Assembly: GCA_030704615.1 (NCBI GenBank)
Contig: JAKLZA010000243.1
Span: forward strand, 1-21,000
Source of the DNA: Takakia lepidozioides
Taxonomy: Eukaryota; Plantae; Bryophyta
Reading direction: 5' to 3'
DNA: 21,000 bases
The notes under the pieces were generated by a model. That model saw only the letters and a list, made by a program, of their open reading frames with translations, was not told where the DNA came from and did no database searches. Numbering within the stretch: the first letter of the stretch is position 1; every line of letters begins with the position of its first letter. Made by a program: the position numbers and the translations under genes. Shown in pieces: positions 9,801 through 20,151 of this stretch.

Positions 9801-12800
9801 TCTAGGGACTTAGCCCGAAAATGGCTAAGTCCCTGGACGGCAATAGGGCCTAGAACTGGAAAACGGCGCCGAATTTCCAGTTCAGGGCCAGCCACACTAG
9901 GGACTTAGGCCGAAAATGGCTAAGTCCCTGAACGGCAATAGGGCCTAAAACTGGAATATGGCGCCGAATTTCCACTTCAGGGCCAGCCAGTCTAGGGACT
10001 TAGGCCGAAAATGGCTAAGTCCCTGAACGGCAATAGGGCCTGGAACTGGAAAATGGCGCCGAATTTCCAGTTCCGGGCCAGCCAGTCTAGGGACTTAGCC
10101 ATTTTCGGAGCCCTGACTGGAAATTCGGCGCCATTTTCCCTAACACCACTTGAGGCCTCTAACATCCTGAAATGCCAGGACTTGAAAGAAAGGCAGCGCG
10201 TATGTACCTGTACAGAAGGCGCATTGCTGCTTTGTCCGCGTTCGGCTGGTCGGTGAACTCGTGGCTCCGGCGAGCATCTGCTATCTCCCGAAAGAATAGG
10301 TTGGTTTTGTAGAGCAGAAAGTACCTCGTCACATAGTCACGTAGGCTCTCTGCTGCAGGAGATATCTCCATCTTGAACTGATGTGCTTGTGTGTCCAGCT
10401 GCTCTTGCGCATTCGTCGTCACCTGTGGAGATTGTCCATCAGATCGCTTTCTCAAAAAATACAATGAATCCACCCCCTACTAGAGTAGAAGCCCCAAACG
10501 AAGCGTGGGGAAGTACCTGAAACCACCATGTCATGCGGTTCATCCACATGTCGAATGTGGGGTCAGAGAGTTTGTCCGGTTTGGGGAAGCTCCACATGTC
10601 CCTGGTACTTTGGGAACCATTCCAGATTTGGAGCCACCGGGTCTGTCCAACCACCCAGCATATTCGTAAGCGCCAAACACCACAAAAAGGAGTTGTTGCC
10701 ACCACAATTTGTTAAGAATGTATCACCTTTTCTGTTGCATCCACACAGGATGTGGCTAGACGATGGAGCTTCTCCAATGTCATCGTGGGCTTCAGAGCGC
10801 GAGAGTAGTGCTTCCCCACCTCCACCAGAAAGTCGGCACCAAGGGCGGGATCAGCTATGGCCACGTACTTTACCATCCGCGACTTGTACTTTATGCGGGC
10901 CCTCACCTCCGCAGCTTTGACATACGATTCGAGTTCCGGGAGGGTTGGATTCTTCTCCTCTGACTCCATGTAGAACCTCCGCGCATGTGCCAAATCCTGC
11001 TGTATTTTTGTCTGTCAAGAATGCGCACATAAGATTAGAGATCCTGCTCAACACAATTTCTTCTATTGGGGGAGGAGAGACAGATTAGCTCAACAAAACT
11101 GTCAGGAGCTTTACCCGAAATATGTAGTCCACCATGGCGTCGACGCTCAGCCTATACCAGGTTCTGTCTGCCTTTGCCTCCGACTTGCGCAGGAGGTCGG
11201 CACTGAGGGAATTGGCAAACTCTTGCACCCCCTGCTTCCCGACATCCTTCACTCGGAAGAGCATATGGGACAAGTTGGTGGCAATGAAGGCATTCTCAGT
11301 CACCCTGCAGTGCCACATTTCCATCAAACAATACTGAAATGGGAATTTTCATCATATATGAGGATTCGCAATGAAATGACTTCCAAATTCAAAGTCCAAA
11401 AGCGAGAGGGGTTGTAGCTTACGAGTTGATGTCGGCCATTGCAGCTTTGAGAAGACTGCGATCTTTGGGCCCCGCAACCTTCAGCACAACACAATCGACG
11501 GCGAAATGCCAATCGAGATCGTTGGGGTGGGCTTGGGCAATGTGCTCCATCCATGCCAGGAGGCGATGATTGCCGTCCCACACGTAGAACATCTTACCGG
11601 ACATGTGCTGGAAAAGAGGATCACTAGCAATCGATCTCTCGAACTCCTCATTTCGCGTTTGCCAATGGGGACCCCATTTGTCCACCTCATCGGAAGTGTG
11701 GGCACGGGAAGCTCCGTGGTCGTTCTCAATGGAAACGTAAAAGGCGGCAGACCCCATTCGATATCCATCCCGGAAAGAGAATTTCAGCTTGTCGATATCG
11801 CCTGGGAGGGCAGGTCTCACCACCTGCAATGACACCAAGCGGCAAAGGGGAATTCGAAGCTTGGCCGGGTACACCATGCCCCCCAGCACCCTGCCAATGT
11901 TGCTGTGGGTTGCCTCCAACATCTTGGCAGCGGCCAACTTCATATCCGCCTCAGACATGACGTCTGCTGCAGAGGGGTTTTCCGGCAGCCCACCAGGACC
12001 GCCAAATCCAGCCTGTATGCTCCGGGTTTGGGGCCTGGGGATGTCCGGGAGGATGTCATCCTGGTCAGAAACCTCCATGTCGTCCTCCTCAACAGGGTCA
12101 GCCACCTGCGAAACCACCTCCAGCACTCTCGTCGTCTCTACTGCCCTCTCCCTGGCTTCACCTCGAACTTGCACAATCCGTGCTCTTTCAGGTGTTCTTT
12201 CCTCTCCTCCACTCTCCACCGTATGGGTAATTGCGGGGGCTGCTCTTGCCCGCGATGGTCTAACCGGTGTGCTACTGCCTCTCTGTGGTGTCTTGTAGGG
12301 ATCCACCGTCTCTGTGGGTCCCTCGCTTACATTGGCATCTGTCATTTGGGCACCCCTGGCCTCTTCAGCTGCCTTTTGTCTTTCCTCCTGGCTAGCATTC
12401 TGTCTCGTCTGTTCTTTTGCCCTCTCTTTTGCCCTCTCACGGGCTTTCTGTTTCTTACTAGGGCTAGCAGCAGGGGAGCCCTCCAGGACGACCACCTTTG
12501 ATTGAGGCGAACTGACACCCTCGCGCGCACTGCTCACTCCCCCCTCCGCAGCCCGTGACTGCTCTCTCGCCGGGGATTGCATGTGCTTAGCTTTCTTCTT
12601 TTTCTTTGCGTGGGCGGGCCCTACTGCATGTGCATGAACAACCTCCATTGCCGGATCTGCTGTCCTCATGTCCTCACGCCCTTCACCTGCCATGCCGCCT
12701 GCACCAACCTCCCCAATGCCTACTCTGTCGTAATCTCGTTGCAAGTCCTCCCGTCCACCAACAAAAGGTTTAAGTTTGCCCTCTCGCCCCAAGTTGGGCG

Positions 12801-13297
12801 ATTCAAACATGCGATGAGTTGGAGCTGTCGATGATACCACCAGCGTGCCGGGCTCGTCGTCACTCTGTCATTGACAAAAATCGTGAAACCAACATCGGTG
12901 CAAAAAGCAGCATCGCAACGAGCAGCGCAACCACCATAGCAACAATCATGTAGCAAAATGAAAACATAACAAGTTTAGGAAGTATGGAGAGCCATGCAAC
13001 AACAATGAAACAAATGCAACCATTGCCTAAGAATGACATGCACAAGCAGCCTTCTCCAGAGCTGCCGGATTTGCACACGCATTGCAAACAATCTAAGGTT
13101 CACTCAACTATCTAAAGTTCACTCATACAGCAAAGCCAGGATGAAGATGCAAAAACAAAGCGAGGTAACAAAGCGAAAGCAAAAATAAATCGAACAAACC
13201 GAAAGCAGAAGTGGCTTGCCTGAGAGTACTCGGCTTCAGTTGGCGCAGGTTGTGAGCAAGACACTGGAATCTCCTGCTGGAGCTTCAGTTTGGCCAT
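6891..13297 (-). CDS. Multi-exon accessory gene of the transposon: low-complexity N-terminus + ParB/Srx-like domain + helical middle region + beta-class N4C/N6A DNA methyltransferase-like domain + acidic tail (~1,420-1,450 aa)
   Basis: Hand-built exons: 13297-13220, 12864-11423, 11304-11115, 11011-10727, 10642-10517, 10422-10208, 9219-8116, 8027-7763, 7678-7480, 7350-6891. All introns are GT-AG except the first (GC-AG), and phases match at every junction. One frame break lies inside 9219-8116 (1-nt loss near 8790-8885, or an extra 110-nt intron 8887-8778). The start codon is uncertain (in-frame ATGs also at 13396 and 13447). Confidence 0.75.
7615..8395 (-). other. Amino-methyltransferase-like domain (N6_N4_Mtase, beta permutation), split by two introns
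   Basis: Motif IV-like CDMILLDIPDG; motif VI-like GMLLDDGGCVVV; FEAYCFVK; motif X-like RSPAFIQTLMETCS; motifs I-II after splicing GRILDLTCGTGASMWAGTLSDRHVFAFEPD (compare the family consensus GDIVLDPFAGSGTT..AA..LGR.FIG.E.D). Order IV...X-I-II defines the beta class. Confidence 0.8.
9246..10139. repeat. Intronic tandem array, 95-bp unit x9, each unit containing two imperfect palindromes
   Basis: GGGACTTAG starts at 9332, 9426, 9521, 9616, 9710, 9805, 9900, 9995 and 10090. Unit = GGGACTTAGCC-cgaaaat-GGCTAAGTCCC plus GAACTGGAAA..GGCGCCGAATTTCCAGTTC. The array lies wholly inside the 988-nt intron 10207-9220. Confidence 0.95.
11430..11870 (-). other. ParB/Sulfiredoxin-like N-terminal domain
   Basis: LRIPLCRLVSLQVVRP...DIDKLKFSFRDGY...FYVS...MFYVWDGNHRLLAW. 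DGNHR (11577-11563) matches the hhhDGxHR signature of the ParB/Srx fold. Confidence 0.75.
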
Positions 13298-13639
13298 GCG
13301 AGAGATTGGCCGTCGTCCGTAGTACAGAGCTTTCAACTTCCGCCGCGGTCTGGATGTGAGGTCTCTCTCAGGAGAGCCACGCCCTTCAGGCGGCATAAGT
13401 CCCAGCCAAAAAGATCTCCTTTTTGGGGTACATGCCTGGAATACCATGTTAAGCCAAGTTTAGCATGAGATTTAGGGTACGTGTCCAGGAAGCCATGCGT
13501 CGCCAGCCCGAATAATAACCGACGGCCGTCGACATTTATTGCCCAACTGCGCAATTAAATGTCGGATGAAGCCCTCCATGTCGGATGAAAATCGACGTAA
13601 ACAGTCCCGGAATTTCCAACGTAGAGGTAATTCGGAGCG

Positions 13640-14465
13640 CTGCACGATGGAATTCCGGCGCCGGATTTCCATCCTGCAGGTAATTCGGAGCGCAGCAGGA
13701 TGGATATCCGGCGCCGAATTCCATCCGCGGAGGAAGGGCGGCGCTGGAAATTCCCTCACGCAGGTAATTCGGAAGCGCGCGGATGGAAATCCGGCGCCGA
13801 ATTTCCATCCGCGGAGGTAGGGCGGCGCTGGAAATTTCCCTCACGCAGGTAATTCGGAAGCGCGCGGATGGAAATCGGCGCCGAATTTCCATCCGCGGAG
13901 GTAGGTAGCGCGCCGAATTTCCTCACGCAGGTAATTCGGAAGGCGCGGATGGAAATCCGGCGCCGAATTTCATCCGCGAGGTAGGGCGGCGGTGGAAATT
14001 CCCTCACGCAGGTAAGGTAATCGGGAGCGCGCGGATGGAAATCCGGCGCCGAATTTCCATCCGCGGAGGAGGGCGGCGCTGGAAAATTTCCTCACGCAGG
14101 AATTCGGAAGCGCGCGGATGGAAATCGGCGCCGAATTTCCATCGCCGCAGGTAGGGCGGTGTGCGCCAAATTTCCTCAAGCAGGTAATTCGGCGCGAATT
14201 TCCATCCTGCCAGGTAATTCGAATCCGGATGAATGGAAATTCGGCGCCGAAATTCATCCAGCAGGTAATTGGAATCCGTGGATGGAAATTCGGCGCCGAA
14301 TTTCCATCCTGCAGGTATTCGAATACGGATGATTGGAAATTCGGCGCCGAATTTCCATCGAGCAGGTAAGTCGATCCCGCATAAATGGAAATTCGGCGCC
14401 GAATTCCATCCTGCAGGTAAGTCGGAATCGGTGCCTATGGATATTCGGCGCGAATTTCCATTCGG
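13640..14465. repeat. Intergenic array of GGATGGAAATT/CCGGCGCCGAATTTCCATCC palindromes (~80-86 bp period, shortening to ~50 bp)
   Basis: Units start near 13781, 13866, 13947, 14033 and 14116; perfect 30-bp palindrome at 14280-14309; recurrent GCAGGTAATTCG spacer motif. Confidence 0.9.
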
Positions 14466-14479
14466 CTGTATTTCTGCCG

Positions 14480-14675
14480 GAGGAATTACCTTCGTGCAGG
14501 TAATTCCCAATAAGAATTACCTTCGTGCAGGTAATTCCAGATGAGAATTACCTTCGTGAAGGTAATTATGGACGAGGAATTACACGATTGGAATTACGAG
14601 GAAGGTAATTTCATCTGGAAATTACTTCACGAAGGTAATTCTCATCTGGGAATTACCTGCACGAGGTAATTCCGT
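14480..14675. repeat. Central inverted repeat built from GAATTACC(N7-8)GGTAATTC palindromes
   Basis: 14514-14567 is a near-perfect reverse complement of 14620-14672 (differences are mainly 1-nt indels). Confidence 0.9.
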
Positions 14676-14694
14676 CGCTCAGAAATACATGGCG

Positions 14695-15590
14695 AATGGA
14701 AATTCGGCGCCGAATATCCATACGGCACGATCCGACTTACTGCTGGATGGAAAATTCGGCGCCGAATTTCCCATCAGCCGGGATTCAATTACCTGCAGGA
14801 TGGAAATTCGGCGCCGAATTCCCATTAGGCGGGATTCGATTACCTGCTTGATGGAAATTCGGCGCCGAATCTCCATCCATCCGGGATTCCACTTACCTGC
14901 TGGATGGAAATTCGGCGCCGAATTTCCATCCGGGGGATGGTCTCTGTCGGAGAGGTGCGCCTCTCCGCCGCTCTGTTGGATATTCGGTGCCGAATTTCCG
15001 TCCGGGGGTTGAAATATGACGGCAGGTGCCGACCTCTCCCTTCTCCCCGACTGCATTGGAACGGCCCCGAATTGAAATTCGGCGCCGTTTTCCCATCTGT
15101 GGAGTTTTTATGTCGGCCAGTTTTCGGTCTGACCCCCCGACAACACTTCCTTTGGGGGGGCCCGGATGGAAATTCGGCGCCGAATCTCCGTCCAGGGGAT
15201 GTTCTCTGTCGCACACTCGCCGGCCTCTGCGCCCGAGGCGACTTCATCCGGGCGTCCCCTGTTCGATATTCGGTGCCGAATTTCCGTCCGGGGGTTGAAA
15301 TGTGACAGCCAAGTGCAGGCCACTCCCCCCTCCCCGACTGCATCCGAACGCCCCGGATGGAAATTCGGCGCCGTTTTTCCATCTGGGGATGTTTTTATGC
15401 CGTCCAGTTTTCGGCCTGACCCCCCGACACGACTCCCTTTGGGGGGACCGGATGGAAATTCGGCGCCGAATCTCCATCCAGGGGATGTTCTCTGTCGCAC
15501 ACACTCCGGCCTCTGCGCCCGAGGCGACTTCATCCGGGCTTCCTCTGTTGGATATTGGGTGCCGAATTTCCATTCGGGGGTAGTAATGTG
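14695..15590. repeat. Right intergenic palindrome array: ~52-bp units, then ~260-290-bp tandem units (~2.5 copies)
   Basis: GGCGCC cores at 14706, 14758, 14809, 14861 and 14914; long units begin near 14902, 15164 and 15450, each with three variants of the palindrome. Confidence 0.9.
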
Positions 15591-15876
15591 ACGGCACGGT
15601 GCCGGCTTCTCCCCTTCAGCCGTCATCATCCGGACGGCCCCCCACTTTCTGACTGCATACCGTTGGCAGTTATTGCGCAAAGACGAGGGGCCGCATTCCG
15701 GAGACAAGGTTCATTAACACTCTGACTGTGGATTTTTGAGATAGTTGGCTCCCTGGATTTGGATCAGGCTTCGTCGCTCGGACAAATCGGCATCGCATTC
15801 ATTCCCATCGCTGCACCCCCTTCTACCAGGGAGCTTCCCCGCACGCCATCCTGGCAGTCTTGTGTGCACATCTCCC

Positions 15877-18800
15877 ATGGCGGAAAACCCGAGCGCTACA
15901 GTGTACTGCCCTCCTCACGAGCATAGAGCTTCATTTCCGTGCAGAGGGGACACCTGCCGGGTGATGGAGAAATATCTGTGCGTTCGATACACCTGAAACC
16001 GGGGTCGGTTTTTTTTGGAGGAGGAAAGGAAGGACTCAAACGGCCTTGTTGTCGAGAGTATTGTTGTGCTCCACGATGATTTCGGCGATGGCAGGGAATG
16101 GCGAGTTCCACCATCGGACAGCGTCATATACAGGGCTGTTGGGGACTTCATTTGCCCGCCAAATGCACCGTCTATCCTGGCGCCTTCCACGAAACAATCC
16201 GCGAATCAGAGAGTGGGTACCTCAAAGAGAGAAGTCCGCAACGAAGTAAATCCAGAGCCGAACCCATCCATGAAGACGACCGAGAACCGGGTTGTTCACA
16301 ACCTGTCCGACTCAGACGAGGTCATGGAAGTTCCGAGGTCGTCCTGGAGATCAGGCAAGTCCTCAATGGACGTCAGTGGAGGAGGGAGTCATATTCCCAG
16401 CACGAGCACCGCAGTTCGATCTATTCTAGAAATTCTGCGAGGGCTTCACCTGGAGGGACACCGGTCGGAGCTGGCCGGGCTGGACTACAGCAAGTTCGCA
16501 ATTAAATCGGTTACATGCCTTCCCGCCGACGTCGACGGTAATATCTTCTTTGAGTTCCCTCCTCGGGCGGACTACTCGAGGGCGTCCGGAATGTTGACAG
16601 ATATGGATAGAAAACATGACGGTCATCCTTGGTGCGTTACCAAAACCACCAGCATGAAGATGCTTGATGGTGTGCGGGTGCGCTACGTTGTTTGTGCGGG
16701 CGCGTTGCGGTGTTTCTCCCCAACTTGCTTCCACTTTAAATCCAGAGGTCACAGGAACGAGACCGATTGGACAGGCACAGCTCACCAACCATTTCGAGCT
16801 CAGGAGAAGGTTCCGAACTCCACATTTAAGTGTGCGCATTGCAAAGAACCACCACACTGCATGTCTGTTTGTAATGCCAAGCAGTTCTATGTGTTGCACC
16901 GTTTCCCTGACCTCACCCGAGCTTGCATACACGTTGGTTCCCATTGTCACAAATTGGCGAGGGGGAACTCGCGGGAGGCTGCCCACGAAGCAGAGCAGCT
17001 CGTTCAGGAGGAGGTTAAGTTGAGACCGGGTGCCAAACCCAAACAGATACAGCTCCAAGCCGCCCATAAGATGGCATTGGCCAGAATTATGTCGGAAGAC
17101 GGCTCCGATAGAGTTCCTCTCGACGAGAAGGAAATGGAGGCATTGCTGGAGTCGGTGTCCCACGTATGTTCACCGAATGTCCGAAACCACATTGTCTCAT
17201 GCAAACAGAAAATTGGGCGTGGCTCGGATATGCACTCCATTCTGGAGGTGAAGCGACGATGTGGATATGACTACATTCATGGAAGTAGGTTTCCAGGACA
17301 AGGGACTGAGGCAGATCGTTGTTTCGTATTCAAAATGTCCACGTGTGGACCTGGCAGTGGCGTCGAACTGGTCGACAGGATGACGAGTGGGAACTTGTCA
17401 AACAGTTGGGTCATGTTCGACCATATCAAGCGAATTACAAATCACCAGTGGGTGACAATGGGTGCACATGTCTACGACACCCACTGCAGGATGCTAATGA
17501 CAATTGCTATTTGTGAGATGAAAGGAGAGGACACACAATCGGAGATGCTTCTTTGGCAGGGAATAAACGAACAGATGGCCAAGGCGGGATTGCCCCCTCC
17601 CAATTTCCGTGGTTTCATGGCGGACAACGCACAAGCAAATTGGGCTGCCATCCGAAGGGTGTACGGGCAAGACCCCAATGTTCCCATGGAAGGCAAGGAG
17701 AGATCTTGTGGGTTCCATTTTCTGCAGAGCCTTTCGCAGTACACAACCAGGCTCGTGGCGCCAGATTTCAGAGAGGAGCACCGTTCCATGTGCCTTGCGT
17801 GGAAGCGCGCTCCCACCTTGGATGATGCAGAGACACAGTTTGCATGCATACGGGCTTGGTGGACATCGTCAGGTGCTGTAAGGAAATCAGACGAAGGAGC
17901 AATGGTCAGTTGGCGAGCATGGTGGCATTATCGTTTCCTCCAGTTCGGCGACTATATGCGGGAGGTGAGTTGCACGAATTCGCGTCCCGTTGGATATTAT
18001 TCTTGGCCATATTTGTAACTTGCTTGTAACCTCAACATGTGCTTGTGCAGGAAATGTGTCTCGACTCCGACACCGACATGCCCACGACAAACATGGCCGA
18101 ATCAGTGCACTCTTCCTGGCGTGCCTCCTCTGCGGCGCATCTGGTGGACATCCTCACTGCCACAACGGAGGACATTGTGAGGTCAATTATGCAGCAATGC
18201 AGGTACAACGAGTTCTTGAAAGGGAAACAGTGGGGCTTGGGGCCGGACAGGCAGGAAATGCTGATGCGGACTGCCTCCAGATCGAAGAATCCTCGGAAGT
18301 GGGCGGCGGCCTTGCGAGAGGGCCTTCGGGACACGCCATTGCTGCGAAGAGGCCAACATTTGGAAGGAGATGTTCATACCCGTCCAGTGAGACGAAGACT
18401 TGACGAGGCACCTGGCGGAGAAGAGGATTCATGGCGAGCTGACAAGAATATTCGCACGCTCCCTCGTGGTCCGGTGATGTTGTCCGAGGAGGTCTCGTCG
18501 AGCACCGGAAGTCCTGCACGTTCAAGATCGCCATCTCCTTTGAGCACAGGGCGCGTGCCCCGGCAACATAACGAGCCATCTGTAGTAAAGCAATACAACA
18601 TTCCCATTGTGGAGACAAGAGTGTCGGAGTCACAGTGGAGAATTGCGAGGACATTGCCGGCATTTCGAGGGAAGTGTTGCGCCATCCGGGTGGATACGAG
18701 AGCACGCTGTGGTGAGATGATTCGGAGGAACCCACACGGTGCTGTACCTGCACCTTGTTTCAGCGGCAGATTTTTGACTCCCACATTTGCTCACGCCACA

Positions 18801-19469
18801 ACGCAGACATTTTGGTTCTGTAGGCACGACATAATGACCTGTGTATTTGGCAAGCCCAAGTACGGGATTCAGGGAATGCCGGAGCCTCCGGGCGTCTGGC
18901 CTGTTGCACCGGGTTGCAGCCTCTCTCAGAATGAGGCGGATGCTCTATCTGCAGCAGGATTTCGAATGGTGCAACGCACAGACATCCCGGCCCACGCATT
19001 TCCGGTTCCTCAGACCCAGCCATTGCAGACTGCTCGGTCCAGTAGAGACGGATTGGACAATTCTGCACATCCCACAATGCGATTCGGAAGAGTGAAGAGA
19101 CGACACCCTCCCAACAAGTTGAATGAGACTCGGATTGCCAATGCTCTTGGGATGGCTTGCACTATTCAGAGCTCCGTGGACGTACCCCCACCCGGCCTTG
19201 GGCGTGTGTATCGGATGGCAACGGCCGGCTCGGCTGTACGCGACGATGTATACACAATTACGATTGGAGTGGAGCCGACTTGCAACTGTACGGACTTCTC
19301 GTTGATGGAAGCAAAGAAGGGTTCGAAGTATTATCCGTGCAAGCATCTGTATTACATTTACCTGAAGAGGTTGAGGATGAACGTGACTATTGATGACTTT
19401 ATTCATGCACCGGCGTTGAGCGTGAACGAGCTGCACAAACTCCTCCTTAGGGATTCCAGAAATCATTGA
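15877..19469 (+). CDS. MULE/Mutator-type DDE transposase with GCM/WRKY-like Zn domain and C-terminal SWIM finger (2 exons, ~1,170 codons; in-frame TGA at codon 40)
   Basis: Exons 15877-17964 and 18051-19469 joined by an 86-nt intron (GAG|gtgagt...gtgcag|GAA, phase 0). Catalytic pattern: VMFDH (D 17419), FMADN (D 17623), CGFH (CxxH, 17707), TTNMAES (E 18099). SWIM CNC-x16-CKH at 19281-19346. The start may instead be a downstream ATG such as 16270. Confidence 0.85.
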
Positions 19470-19624
19470 TGGGGCAAACGGAATCCTCCATATGGATATT
19501 TTCAAATGCATTTTGCTGTATCAGACTTTTTTTTTTGCAGTGTAATGAAATGCACCCCAAAACTCCTGGAATGAGGCAATATTCCATTCAAACTGAGATC
19601 CAACAGAAGCAGTTGTGGGGCCAT

Positions 19625-19985
19625 TTCTGGAAAAATGGCGCCGAATTTCTCTTTTTGGGGCCGAAAACTCGCTAAGTCCCAACATGCACTGGTACCTGTG
19701 TTTGGGAAAATGGCGCCGAATTTCTCTTTTTGGGGCCGAAAACTGGCTAAGTCCCAACATGCACTGGTACCGTGTCTGGAAAAATGGCGCCGAATTTCTC
19801 TTTTTTGGGCCGAAAACTGGCTAAGTCCGAACATGCACTGGAAAAATGGCGCCGAATTACCTGTCATGAGGGGACCTATAGCCGCGGAATTCGGCACCAT
19901 TTTTCGCCAGACAGACCTATTGCCGCGAAATACGTCGCCGTTTTTTCAGGTTACGGACCCTATTACCGCGAAATTCGGCGCCATA
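19625..19985. repeat. 3' subterminal array, ~75-bp unit x3 plus degenerate copies
   Basis: GGAAAAATGGCGCCGAATTTC cores at 19637, 19712, 19786 and 19848; the first three are followed by CCGAAAACT(G/C)GCTAAGTCC, the same second motif as in the intronic array. Confidence 0.9.
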
Positions 19986-20151
19986 TTTGCACATGTCGCT
20001 GGGAATTGGCATGAGCGGAAGACGAAATCATGAGCACAACTGTCAAAAGTGCAATTTTCCCTTCAAGGGGCCGAATAATATATTTGTTTTTCCTGACACA
20101 TTGCATTAAATTATTGTTTTTTATTGTTTTTTATTTTCGAAATTTGTACTT

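Noticed and set aside
9246-10139. CRISPR-like appearance of regularly spaced palindromic repeats (also 13640-15590)
   Set aside because: Spacers are near-identical rather than unique, no cas genes are present, and the context is eukaryotic (intronic/intergenic).
11789-12834. Plus-strand ORFs opposite the ParB-MTase exon, and minus-strand ORFs opposite the transposase (16426-19511)
   Set aside because: Antisense shadow ORFs in GC-rich coding DNA with no recognisable motifs.
13472-15707. Many overlapping ORFs with MEIRRRIS / WKFGAEF / GNSAPNF peptides
   Set aside because: These are translations of the stop-poor palindromic repeat in several frames on both strands; there is no coding signal.
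15877-19469. Alternative classification as KDZ, hAT, CACTA or Helitron
   Set aside because: D-D-CxxH-E spacing plus SWIM fits Mutator. There are no CACTA termini, no hAT dimerisation motif and no Rep/helicase motifs.
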